From Eledone cirrhosa (lineage: Eukaryota): a stretch of 64,000 bases of DNA. The notes under the pieces were generated by a model. It was not told the origin of the DNA. It ran no database searches and saw nothing but the letters and a program-made list of their open reading frames with translations. Of this stretch, positions 12,895 through 24,823 are shown piece by piece. How positions within the stretch are numbered: position 1 is the first letter of the stretch; each line of letters starts with the position of its first letter. The stretch covers positions 326,058,001 through 326,122,000 of the forward strand of contig OZ024740.1 in the NCBI GenBank assembly GCA_964016885.1, in the 5' to 3' direction. The translations under genes were made by a program, and so were the position numbers.

Positions 12895-14022
12895 AGGCTT
12901 GTCGAGAATCAAAGGTCTTAAAGTTAACTTGTCAAAGACTAAAGTTCTAGTATGTAGAAAGGAAAAAAGGGTCCAGATTCCCTCTAGGAAATAAGCCTTG
13001 CTCAGTGTGCAGGAAAGGAGTAGGTAGAAAGTCCATTCTATGTCCCAAATGCAAGCTATGGATACATAAAAGATATAATGGGATCATAAGCAGGCTATCG
13101 AAGAACATAGATTTTACATGTGGCCAATGTGCAGGTGCAGTTAAGTAGCAAGTGCCCACAGGATACTAACTCTTTCAAATGCCCAGACAGTTCTATAGAA
13201 ATAGTCAACACTTTCTGTTGCCTGGGTGACGAAATCAGCAGTGGAGGAGGGTGTTCTGAAAGTACAGTAGCCAGAGTAAGAACGTGACGGAAAGTTCAGG
13301 TAGCTATCGCTGTTAGCTACAAAAGGCTTTTCCCTTAAAATGAAGGGTAGATTGTACAATGCATATATATGAACAGCAAGGTTACATGGTAGTGAGACCT
13401 GGGTAGTGTGCAGAAGACCTGCAAAGATTGAAAGAAATGAAGCATGCATGCTCTGATGGATGTGTAATAGCAATATACACGAACAGCAAAGCGTAAATGA
13501 ACTGAAAGAGAAATTAGGTATAAGAGGGATCAGATGCATATGAAAGGTAACAGCTGTATAAAAATGTGCAGAGCAATCAAAGTTGATGGAAGCTTTGGAG
13601 CAGGGAGACTCAGGAAGACCTGGGATGAGGTAATAAAAGCTGACCTTGTGCAATTGCACCTCTCAAAAACAATGACACAAGATCGAGATCTTTAGCGTTA
13701 TGCAGTAACACAGAAGACATGCCTTCCCATGCACATGGATTCATACATCTAGTAGGCACTTCTTAATCACTATACCCCCTTCCATACACCTCCCACTTCT
13801 ATCCACACCACCCTTACACTGTAGTGATGTTGGTATCATAATAAAGCATCCAGCCCACACTGTAAATGTGGTTGATGTTAAGAATAGCATCCAGCTGTAG
13901 AAACCTAGCCAGAAAGTTCTATATGAGCAAGACACAATCACCTAACCAGACTTGACTCTAATGGGACAATCCATCTAACCCATGCTAGCATGGAAAATGG
14001 ACGTTAAAAGATGATGATGATG
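12895..14022 (+). mobile_element. RTE-clade LINE, degenerate 3' fragment
   Basis: Homologous to the 28870-30915 copy (CSVCRKGVG, ERNEACML) with the same 3' UTR and (GAT)n tail. Confidence 0.85.
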
Positions 14023-15144
14023 TAATTTTTTTTTCCCATTTCCTTGTGACCATGCTGGAGTATTGCCTTCAAGTTGATCAGATCACTCCCAATACTGGGA
14101 TGTATTTTATCAAACACATTTGACGTAAAGAGACGCAGCCAAATACATATATGACTGTGTGGTCTTCAATTCTATTGCACTACACTGAACCTTGGTTAAG
14201 TGTCATCCACTATGGCTTCAGGTTAACCTTGCAGATAAATTTGCTGAAAGGAAACTGTAAGGAAGTCTGTCATATGCATATATGTATGTATATATTATAC
14301 CCACTAGAATACACTCAGTAAGGTGGTTGGTGTTACTAAGGGCATCCAGCCTAAGAAACCATGCCAAACATGGAACATATGAGCATGATGAGTCCTCTCC
14401 AATCTGTCTAATCTTGGGCCTGACAACCCGTCAAACCCATGCCAGCATAGAAAGCAGGTCAAAAATGATTACATATATATATATGACCCTTAAGTTCTGG
14501 TGCCATGATAAAACTTACCCAATGCACTCTATTCTATAAAGTAGTCGGGTCTTATGAGGGGTATTGAGCCATAGAAAACTTGCTAAACATAGGGTTGAGG
14601 TTGTCAAAGGCACAACCTACTTGGTGTTGATGCCATATTGAAATGCACCCAGTACATTTTAAGTGAAGGAACATATGTGAGCGAGATACAGCCCCTAGCT
14701 TGTCTGTGAAGTCATTGGCTCTAACTGCATGCTGACTTGGTCTGTGACAACCCATCTAACCAATAGAAAGTAGAAGTAAAAGATGATGATATACTGTATT
14801 TTGAGAGTGCCGTGCTGCCAATAGAAACACATGCATGGATGAATTTCACTTCAGTTTTATTATCAATCAGTTAATAAATTAATTAATTACTTTATCAATG
14901 ACTTTTATTGTCTTTTTATTTCACCTTTACTTGATCTTTCTTCAGTGTGATGCATTCATGTATGGCTTGCATATATGTCTGTCTGCAGGATGTGGTGCAT
15001 GTATGCATATTTGTGTGTAACTTTTGTCTATCTGCCTACAGGACATGGTGCATGCATGCATGCACATGTGTGGCTTTTGTTGTCTGTCTGCATGAAGCAT
15101 ATGAATGTAACTTTTCTTCCTTTTTCTATCTAGCTGTGTCTCCT

Positions 15145-17058
15145 TTATTTATGAACATATTTGTGAAGAATAGTTAAGTTAGCTAAGTGAGAAAATGACT
15201 TAACACAGTGATATGGCTTCTCGCCTATATGAATATGTTTGTGTAAAGTTAGTTTAGCATTTGTAGGAAATAATTTACCACAGATATCACAGCTATATGG
15301 CTTCATTTTGGAATGAATACGTTTGTGAATAGTTAAGTCACCATTTCGAGAGAATAATTTACCACAGATGTCACAGTGATACGGTTTCTCTCCTGTATGA
15401 ATACGTTTGTGAGTAGTTAAGTCACCACTTTGAGAGAAAGATTTACCGCAGATATCACAGTGATATGGTTTCTCTCCTGTATGAGTACGCCTATGTAAAG
15501 TTAAGTTAGTATTTGTAGAGAAAGATTTACCACAGATGTCACAGTGATATGGTTTCTCCCCTGTATGAATGCGTTTGTGTATGGTTAAGGAATTTTTATA
15601 AGAAAATGATTGGCCACAAATATCACAAAGATACATCTTCTCTCCTGTATGAACACGCTTATGAGAAGTTAAGTCACCACTTCGAGAAAATGATTTACCA
15701 CAGTTATCACAGTGATATGGCTTCTCACCTGTATGAATACGTTTGTGTATAGTTAATTCTCCATTTTGACAGAATGATTTACCACAGATACCACAGTGAT
15801 ATCGTTTCTCTCCTGTATGAATACGTTTGTGAGAATTTAAGTGACTTTTTTGAGAGAATGATTTACAACAGATGTCACAGTGATATGGTTTCTCTCCTGT
15901 ATGAACCAGTTTGTGTTTAGTTAATTCTCCATTTTGAGAGAATGATTTACCACAGATATCACAGTGATATGGTCTCTCTCCTGTATGAATACGTTTGTGT
16001 TTAGTTAACGCATCATTTCGAGTGAAAGATTTACCACAGATATCACAGGGATACGGCTTCTCACCTGCATGAATACGTTTGTGAGAAGTTAAGTCACCAC
16101 TTTGAGAGAATGATTTACCACAGATGTCACAGTGATATGGCTTTTTTCCTGTGTGAACCTGTTTGTGTTTAGTTAAGTCTCCATTTGTAGAGAATGATTT
16201 CCCACAGATGTCACAGGGATATGGCTTCTCACCTGTATGAATACGTTTGTGAGAAGTTAAGTCATCACTTTGAGAGAATGATTTACCACAGATGTCACAG
16301 TGATATGGCTTTTCTTCTGTGTGAACCTGTTTGTGTTTAGTTAAGTCTCCATTTGTAGAGAATGATTTCCCACAGATATCACAGTGATATGGCTTCTCTC
16401 CTGTATGAATGCGTTTGTGAACAGTTAATTTAGTGTTTGTGGGGAATGATTTGCCACAGGTATCACAGTGATATGGGTTCTCTCCTGTATGAATGCGTTT
16501 GTGTATAGTTAAGCTACTTCCTTCAGAGAATGATTTGCCACAGATATCACAGTGATATGGTTTTTCTCCTGTATGAACACGTTTGTGTTTAGTTAAGTCA
16601 CCACTTTGAAAGAATGATTTACCACAGATGTTGCATTGATATGGTTTCACACCTGTATGCAACTGTTTGTGTTTAGTTAAGTCTCCATTTCGAGAGAATG
16701 ATTTATCACAGATGTTACAGCCATATGGTTTTATGCCTGTATGAATACTTTTGTGAAAAGTCAAGTGAGCTCTTCTAGAGAATAATTTACCACAGATATC
16801 ACAGTGGTGTGGCTTCTCTCTTGTATGAATACGTTTATGTCTAGTTAAGTGACTTCCTTCCAAGAATGATTTACCACAAATATCACAGTGATATAGCTTC
16901 CTTCCTGTATGAATATGTTTGTGAAAAGCTAGTTGACATTTTTTGAAGAATGCTTTACCACAGATATCACAAGGATATGATGTCTTTCCTGTCTCTTTCA
17001 TTACTTCATCAGACTCCATTTTAATTTTAACCTGTTTCTTCCATAATTCCTTTTCCAT
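15145..17058 (-). CDS. C2H2 zinc-finger gene A (21 intact fingers plus 1 degenerate)
   Basis: Uninterrupted YxCxxCGKSF...HxxxH-TGEKP array. The first in-frame ATG is at 17058 (the track starts at an upstream TTG). Acceptor TTTCAG at 17186. Confidence 0.95.
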   Translation of the reverse strand: MEKELWKKQVKIKMESDEVMKETGKTSYPCDICGKAFFKKCQLAFHKHIHTGRKLYHCDICGKSFLEGSHLTRHKRIHTREKPHHCDICGKLFSRRAHLTFHKSIHTGIKPYGCNICDKSFSRNGDLTKHKQLHTGVKPYQCNICGKSFFQSGDLTKHKRVHTGEKPYHCDICGKSFSEGSSLTIHKRIHTGENPYHCDTCGKSFPTNTKLTVHKRIHTGEKPYHCDICGKSFSTNGDLTKHKQVHTEEKPYHCDICGKSFSQSDDLTSHKRIHTGEKPYPCDICGKSFSTNGDLTKHKQVHTGKKPYHCDICGKSFSQSGDLTSHKRIHAGEKPYPCDICGKSFTRNDALTKHKRIHTGERPYHCDICGKSFSQNGELTKHKLVHTGEKPYHCDICCKSFSQKSHLNSHKRIHTGEKRYHCGICGKSFCQNGELTIHKRIHTGEKPYHCDNCGKSFSRSGDLTSHKRVHTGEKMYLCDICGQSFSYKNSLTIHKRIHTGEKPYHCDICGKSFSTNTNLTLHRRTHTGEKPYHCDICGKSFSQSGDLTTHKRIHTGEKPYHCDICGKLFSRNGDLTIHKRIHSKMKPYSCDICGKLFPTNAKLTLHKHIHIGEKPYHCVKSFSHLANLTILHKYVHK

Positions 17059-18039
17059 ATTTTTTCCTTTTTTCAATCCTTTTTGACACCTGTTCAGTAT
17101 ATTTTCATTTTGCCTTTAAAGGATGATAAATATTGATGATGTATCTGATCTAAAGATTTCTTTAATACCAGTGTCATCTCATATTCTGAAACAATAAAGA
17201 AACATTTTAAGATATAGATGTTGAGATTTAAAAGTGGAAATTTTACTACATCTATATTGATAAATTGTATATATACATTTGCCTGAACAATTGAGGTTTA
17301 TTTGTACCAAAAGAGGTAGCATCACTAGAACTTCAAACCCTTTTCTCCAGAAAATGAAGCAATTTTAAAAAATTATTTTGTAAATAGTTTCAGTCATTAG
17401 AGTGTGGTCAATCTGGAGTACCACTTTGAAGGAAATTTTAGTCAATCATATCAACACCAGTACTTATTTTATTCATCTCTTTTTGTCAAACGGTAAATGT
17501 AATCACAAACACACACATATTTCCATATATGGTCGGTTTCTGCAAAGTTGCCAACTGCCTTTGTAATTCAAAGGCCAGCCTCGTCACAATATATCATGCT
17601 TGTATCTCCTTGAAAATCATATTAAGGGTACACATGTCTATAGAATATTCGTAGAACAACCAAAACACACATCGCCAAAATCGATGATGGTCCATACCAT
17701 GTGTGTGTGTGTGTGTGTGTGTGTGTACATGCATGTGAAATCTAAATGGCTCCATTTTTTTTTTTAGTGTTAAAATACAGTATAGTTGCTGAGATGCTAA
17801 AATATCTGGCAAAGTAGGTTACAATGCAAATTGTACAAGATAGTGTCATATCCAATGACTGGCACAGTGCCTTCATAGTAAACCAGCTACAAGGTCAAAT
17901 GAGCCACACCAGGAAGAGGAAAATACATCAAGTTATAACACAATTAATTAGGGATAGAAATGAGCTAGATGAGATGGAGAACGTTTCTGTGAGAGCGTAG
18001 AATTCGTGTGACAGACGAACAAAAAAAAAAATCCAGTGT

Positions 18040-18258
18040 AATGATTTCTAGTATAGGCACAAGGCCAGTCATTTTGGAGGGAGGGGACAGTCGATTAAAT
18101 AGACACCAGTACGTTACTGGTACTTTATTTTAAATACCCTGTAAGGATGAAAGGCAATGTTAACCTGGGCGGGATTTGAACTCAGACTGCAAAGGACCAT
18201 AACTCTATGCTGCAAAGCATGGTGTCCGACTCTACCGATACTGCCAATCCACCGCCCT
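18040..18258 (-). mobile_element. tRNA-derived SINE
   Basis: Reverse complement of the 4588 family (GGATGAAAGGCAA, GGATTTGAACTC). Confidence 0.85.
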
Positions 18259-18549
18259 ATAGTGATCAGTAATCTTTCGATTTAAGATCACAGTGATAAG
18301 AAACATTAGGTAATGATTTTTGTTAAAATGAAAATGAATGTTACGTGATTAATCTGTATAATGGTGAATCCTGAATGGTTGATTATGAAAAAAATATGAT
18401 AAATTTTTACAATTACACTTCATGTCAGAAATTATTAATCTTTTAGTCAACTGCTGACAAGAAAATAATTTCGGGTGCTTTTGAAGGCGAGATTCGTTCG
18501 AAACATATCAAAAATAAGTAAAACATAAATTTCTCCTCCATACCATTGG

Positions 18550-18870
18550 TCCAGACATTCTTCAGAAACGAAGATCTGTGAGAGTGAGCAGAACAGAAAC
18601 TTGTGGCAAAGCAGATTCTACTGAGGAAGTTGGATATACCCTCAGGAAACCAGCATCCAACACCACACGCCAAACCATGACCTGGAACCTACAGGGTAAG
18701 AGGAAGAGAGGTCGGCCCCGGGCCAGCTGGAGGCATGACACTGAGACTGAATTAAGAAAACTGGAAGCCGACTGGAATGGAGTGGTAAGAGCAGCCCAGG
18801 ATCTGGGTATGATGTATGATGAAGGAGGGTCGTTAATGGCCTATGCTTCACAGAAAGCGATGAGGCTGAA
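18550..18870 (+). mobile_element. RTE-like LINE 3' end (different family)
   Basis: GYTLRKP...WNLQGKRKRGRPRASW, typical of an RTE ORF2 C-terminus. Confidence 0.7.
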
Positions 18871-20435
18871 TGAATTTACTAAAACTATACCGGTGTAATA
18901 TTCACCTCCAAACCCGAAAACATCGATATTGCTTCGAACAGGCCTGCACAAAGGTTTTTACTGCGCGACCATGTTTTATCTTCGTAATATAAGATTTAAA
19001 AAATTAGTTGTAATGTGCGCAATTAGTTGTTGTGTGTGGCCCTCGAGGGACCCTCAGTTTGACATGCCTGGATTAGAACACACCAGCTAACAATTTCCGA
19101 CGGTTTTGAAGGCCAAGTTCGTTCAAAACATAACAAAATCCATAGCTTATACTGTACATAAATATTACCTACAAACCTTAGAAATCTGAGAGTGCTCTCC
19201 CCTTCTCCGGTTAACTAAAAAATAAACCGAAGATTCGTTAAAAATATACCAAAATTTCACCGCCATCGTGAGTAATTTCAGAAATTCGCCATAAATATTG
19301 TCACAGATTATATATGAAAACAGAAATGACTAAAATGGATTAGGGTGATCATTCGCAGTAGGTAGATGTGATGTAAACAAGGCGACTTCCACCCAAAAAT
19401 AAATTCAGAATGATTTATTAGTAAAAAAAAAAAGAGATATCACAAGTATGGGGCATCACTATCTCTTTTCTACGTATCTACACAGGAATTAATTAATAGT
19501 AAAAGAAAATATTTAAAATTAAATTATGTTTGATAAAGATTAAAGTAAATTATTGCAATAAATTTAAACCATCCATTTTAATTCTATTACTTACCCTTCT
19601 GTAGTTCAAGACCTTCCCATATGTTCTCGACATATGACAAATAGCAACTAAAAAACGCTTCGAATATTTCAATAAATATTAACGAGTTACTCCCGTTTTC
19701 GTTCTTTTTTTTTTTAATGTGGTAGAGGGTATAAGATTTGCCTGCTATTTCTAGCAACTTCAATGACCACATAATTGGTTTGTAATTTTGTTTTATGAAT
19801 TTCTAAGAGATACGTTTACGATGAGATACACTTATTAAAAATACTTTCATTGCATAGTTCCGTTCGTACAGGTTTTAATTTACTGTACTACTCGGGAACC
19901 TTTTAATAACATACAGGATTAAGTCCATGTTTTTTCAACCAATTAATGGTATCTGCTGTAGTAGCGGTAGCGATGGAAATATCGCGATGATTAATTCCAT
20001 TTACGCTGGGGTATTTCACCATATTTTTCAAGTTGCAAATAGGTGTATTATCCCAAAGTGAAAAACCAACGTGGTGATTTCAAAGTTTATTTATTTACAC
20101 ATGGTGGTGGTGATATGGAAATAAACGAAGGTTTGACCATTGAGAAGGTTGACAAATGACGTCACATTCTTCTACTTTCACTTCTGACAGCCAATTCCGT
20201 TGTAGTGCCGTTTTGTTTTTTTTGTTTTTTTTAGGAGAATCTTAGATTTCAAAGGTAAAACTCAAAAAATCCCGAAACTAACAGTTTTTTTTTTCGTTTA
20301 CCTATAATCAAAACATCCGCTACATCTGATGGGGGCCAACTTTACTTTAATATAGAGATGGTTTATAAAAATTTACATTAACGATACTTTAAAGAAAAGG
20401 CGATTAATAAGGAAAATAACTTTAAGATAAAATAC

Positions 20436-20611
20436 CTCGTATAAATCACGGCTATTCTTGGGTAACCAGTAATAGATGCTGAACGTCTTGTTGAATGGAA
20501 AATAATTATTCTACAGATGGATATAATTCGATTAAAAAAAGAAATTACCTTATTCCTTAACAATGGCAGAGATAAAAATGAAGTCAATATCCGGTTGATC
20601 ATGCGCATTAG
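20436..20611 (-). promoter_or_regulatory. Predicted non-coding exon 1 and promoter of gene A
   Basis: Donor ATACGAG|GTATTTT at 20435 and upstream motif CTAATGCGCATGATCAACCGGATATT; both are shared with gene C (49215-49504). Confidence 0.6.
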
Positions 20612-20666
20612 TGAATGTGATTGAAGTGGGATTTAACACTCGCGCGCGCGCGTATAAAATAATAAT

Positions 20667-20839
20667 TGTTTCTACTTTTGGCACAAGGCCAGCAATTATC
20701 CAGTGTATTATTGGTACTTTATTTTATCTACCCCGTAAGGATGAAAGGCAAAGTTAACCTCGGCTGGATTTGAACTCAGAAGGGAAAGGGCCGTAACTCT
20801 GCGTCAAAGCATGGCGTCCGACCCTCTACCGATACTGCC
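20667..20839 (-). mobile_element. tRNA-derived SINE
   Basis: Same family as 4588; 14-bp direct repeat TATAAAATAATAAT at 20653 and 20840. Confidence 0.85.
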
Positions 20840-20857
20840 TATAAAATAATAATGAAA

Positions 20858-22410
20858 TTATTGTGTAAAGTGTTCAGGTGCACTACAACTAGTCAAAGGT
20901 GCATGTATAGTACATAGAATAATATGCAAATGTCAGGGAAGTGAATAGTGTATGAGATATGATATACATGTGTGTATGGAGGGGGAACATTATGTGTAGT
21001 GTTGGCGAATCTCGGGAAGCATGGAGGTTTTAAAGGATGCAGTGTCTCGACAGCTAACAACTGATGCAGGTAGTTTGTTCCATGCTTCAGCAACTCTGAG
21101 CGTGAAAAAATATTTCCGAAAGTCATGGGAACTGTGCTGTTTTCTGACTTTGTGGGCATGTCCATGTGTGTTAGACACATGGAAATCAAAAAGGTACTCA
21201 GGGTTGTTGTTGGCAAGATGGTTAACAATTTTGTGGATGTTTACCAAGTCAGTTGCCAGGCGTCGTAGCTTTAGGGAAGCAAGGCGTTCAGAGTATGGTA
21301 GATGTCTGATGGAGGGTATTCGCTTGGTTGCACGTCTCTAAACAGTTTCCAGGTGGTCAATGTTCTGAGCAAGATAGGGGTTCCAGACTGGTGATGCAAA
21401 TTCTAAGTGTGGCCACACCATAGCCATGTACAGCCTTAAATAGATACCTGGAGAGCGGCTGACAAAGGTCTTGCTGAGTGATGCTAAGACACCCTCAGCC
21501 CTCTTGAAAATTTTAGAGACGTGCTTCGTCCAACGCAACGTTCACAAGAAGACTTCTTGATATTAGTGCTGTGGAGGGAGTATGTGGACGCTGGGTTTTT
21601 ACTCCCAAAATGCATGGTGGTGCATTTGTCCACAGCTAGCTTGAGTTGCCTCTCTGAGATCCATTGTTGCATTGTTTCCAGGTCAGACTGCAAGCAAGAT
21701 CTATAGTGTTCGGGATCTGTCCTTTTTATACAGCTTGATGTCATCTGCATATGTTAGTACTGTGGCATTCTTTAAGTTGGCATCTATGTCATTAATATAT
21801 GCCACAAACAAAAGGGGGCCAAGAACAGATCCCTGTGGTACACCAGATGACATCTCATATGGTGAGGAATGCTGTCCCAGAACTGTGACTACCTCTCTTC
21901 GACTGAGAATGAAGGACTTCAACCAGTTAAAAAGATCATTCTTCACACCCATTGCAGAGTTTTTCAAGCCTTTTGTGTGGCACAGAATTGAAAGCTTTCG
22001 CAAAGTCAAGGTAAACAACATCCACCCATGAGCCGCCATCAGTGATCCGGGTGATGTCTTCAAGAAACTTGATTGATCACAACAGCTGGAGTTGGGGATA
22101 AATCCAAATTGTGAGGGCCAGATAAGACTGTGAGAGTTCCAGAAGTTCCAAAGTGTTTCTCTGACACAGGATTCCATCAGTTTGGCAATGCAACTAGTAA
22201 GACTGACTGGACGATAGTTCACAGGTGATGTGCGGTTACCCTTTTTGAACAGAGGAATGACACTGGCAGTTTTCCACTGTTCTGGAGTAGCACCGTTGTT
22301 CAGACAGAATTGGAAGAAGCATGATAGCTGGTGCAGAAGGAAGTACCCACCACGTTTAAGAAGCAGGTACGTAACACCATCAAGACCAGGAGAGGCATGG
22401 TTGCGTTTAT
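20858..22410 (-). mobile_element. CR1/L2-group LINE, 5'-truncated and frameshifted
   Basis: RT motifs NYRPVSLTS, SGVPQGSVLGPLLF and YADD; C-terminal PHLEFASPVWNPY and WNKLP. Confidence 0.9.
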
Positions 22411-22589
22411 GTTTTAGGTATGTGTGGAAATATGCCCTTACAACCCTCAGCCACATTTGAAAAAGTTAAAGCAGTGGTTTTCAACAAGGATCCATATAAA
22501 AATTGTGGGGACACCATAAAAAGAAATTGTAAATTGGCAGTCCATTGAATAAATTTGGCATTCAAAAAAAATATTTCAGTTGTGTCTAC

Positions 22590-24560
22590 ATGGTGTAGAT
22601 TTTCACTATCCCATTTATTCTCTTCATTCAGGATTCTCTCATAGGACATCCATGCTTCCTTTCAACAACAGTAAGTGTATAGTGTATATGGACATCAGAT
22701 GACTTATGTAAGCACTAATCATGTTAGCGCTGTGCATTGCACAACTAGAAAACTACTACCAAAGGACAACCCAAAGACCAGTCAGGTCACACTGAAAAGA
22801 TTTGGGGAAATTGTAGAGAAGCTTGTGAGAAGAGCTTTGGCACAGCTAATTAGGAAAATAGTCAAATTAGATGAGATTCAACTTGTGCCAGGATGGAGTA
22901 CCACAGATGCCCTCATAAAGGGGAAACAAAAAAAGTTACTAGCTAAGTGTAAGCCACTTTATCTAAGAAGGCCTTTGTCAGAATTCCCCAATCTGGTGGT
23001 CCTTGAGTGGCTTGTGAGCAATGGAATCCAGTAAAGTGAAAACATTGTTGTCAGTAAAATGACAGCAGGTAATGAGTTTAGTAAGGAATTCAATGTGCAG
23101 GTAGGTGTTCATTGGGGCTCAGCCCTCAGCCCACTTGTTTATTATAGTCAACCATGTCATAACTGAGAAGTTTAAGACTTGTTACCCATGGGAACTCCTA
23201 TATGCTGACAGCCTGCTTCTAATAGCTGAATTAGTGGAAGAGCTAAAGAAATTCCTACTATGGAAACAGGACTTATAATCAAAGAGACCCAGAGTAAAAT
23301 TTTAATTAGGAAAGAAGACAGGAGTCTGGTTCCATGAGGGAAGTGACCATACTCAATATGTAGAGTAGGTAGGAACTCTATACAATATAAACAATGCAAA
23401 ACTTGGGTACACAAAAGATGTAGTTGGATGTAGGCGGATTAACAGGAAAAGAAGACAACGTATGTGAGAGATGCACATGGGTAGTTAGTAGTGAGAGCTC
23501 CAGCAAAATAAAATCTTTCCAATCCTGGGAAAGCTCCATAGAATTGGTCGACAGATTTTGCCGCCTAGTTGACCTAAGTAATTAGCAGTGGGGACAGTTG
23601 CTCTGAAAGCATGATAAGTAGAATAAGAACAAGGTGGAAAACACTTAACCCTTTAGCATTCACATTACTCTATATTTACAATTGTATTTTCACGGTAAAG
23701 GCTTTATCTTGCATAATTATCTCACATAATATTAAATCTATGAGATTTTGATATTATTTATTTTGAGATCAATACCTTAACATCAGTATAAGTGGCCAGT
23801 TACAGCCAGTTTGATTAGAAAAAGGTGATAGAATCCTGGCCGGTTTAAATGCTAAAGGGTTAAGGTGTTGACAAAAAGTTTCTCTCTGTGAATGGAAGGC
23901 TAAAAGTATGATGCCTGGGTGCAAAGTATGGTTTTGCATGGAAGTGAAACATGGGCAGTAAATGCAGAGGATATGTTAAGTTGGAGAGAAATGAAGGATG
24001 CACGTTTGAGGAGAAATCAAATGTAGTGTGCAAAAGAGAAGACTGCACTAGTATAGACATGTGATGCATACAGAAGATGACTATTGGTTAAGTTCCAAGT
24101 GATAAGAATCTGCAATAGAGGAAAGCCAAGGAAGACTGGACAGAAATGATGATAGATCACACAATATTGATCCTAACCCAATTCAACCTATGCTAGCATG
24201 AAATAGCAGATGTAAAAAGATGAGGATAATTGTGAAAGAATAACTTCATTAAATATATCATAATGGTAAGTTATCTCAGTATGGGAGAAAAATTGAAAAA
24301 AGGAATCAAATGTAGAGTGCAAAAGACAAGACCATACTGGTTTGGACATGTGATGCATACTGACAATCATAGCTGGGTGAAGATGTGCCAGAAGTTCCCA
24401 GTGAAAGGAATTTGCAGTAGAAGAAATCCTAGGAAAACCTGAGGAGAGGTGGTGATAGCAGATTACAAAAGGTTGAACCTGATGAAGGAATACAATAGGT
24501 GGAGGAAAGCTGTGCTGGAAAAGAATTATTCAACTTATGCAAAAATGAAAAAGCACTCAT
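22590..24560 (+). mobile_element. Old, heavily decayed RTE fragments
   Basis: Residual LDEIQ..PG.STTDA and CPWELLYAD-like motifs; mirrored at 55440-55930. Confidence 0.7.
23649..23859. mobile_element. piggyBac-type MITE inserted in an old RTE
   Basis: TIR CCCTTTAGCATT/AATGCTAAAGGG with TTAA TSD; absent from the paralogous flank of gene C near 55740-55770. Confidence 0.8.
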
Positions 24561-24823
24561 AAAATAATGATGATGATAAAATAGAATAATTTTATTAAAA
24601 GCATCATAAGTTATCTCATTAATGTAGATAAATGCAGTTATATAAAATATAGTGTTCAAAGATTGTTACCAAACATTGTGATATGTTCTTTGCTGTGTGA
24701 ATACATTTATAAGATATTTTTTTTATTAGAATGACTTGATATGGTTACTCTCCTATATCAATACATATAAGAGTAATTAAGATAATTTTTTTACAGAATG
24801 ATTTACCATAAACATTGGAGATA

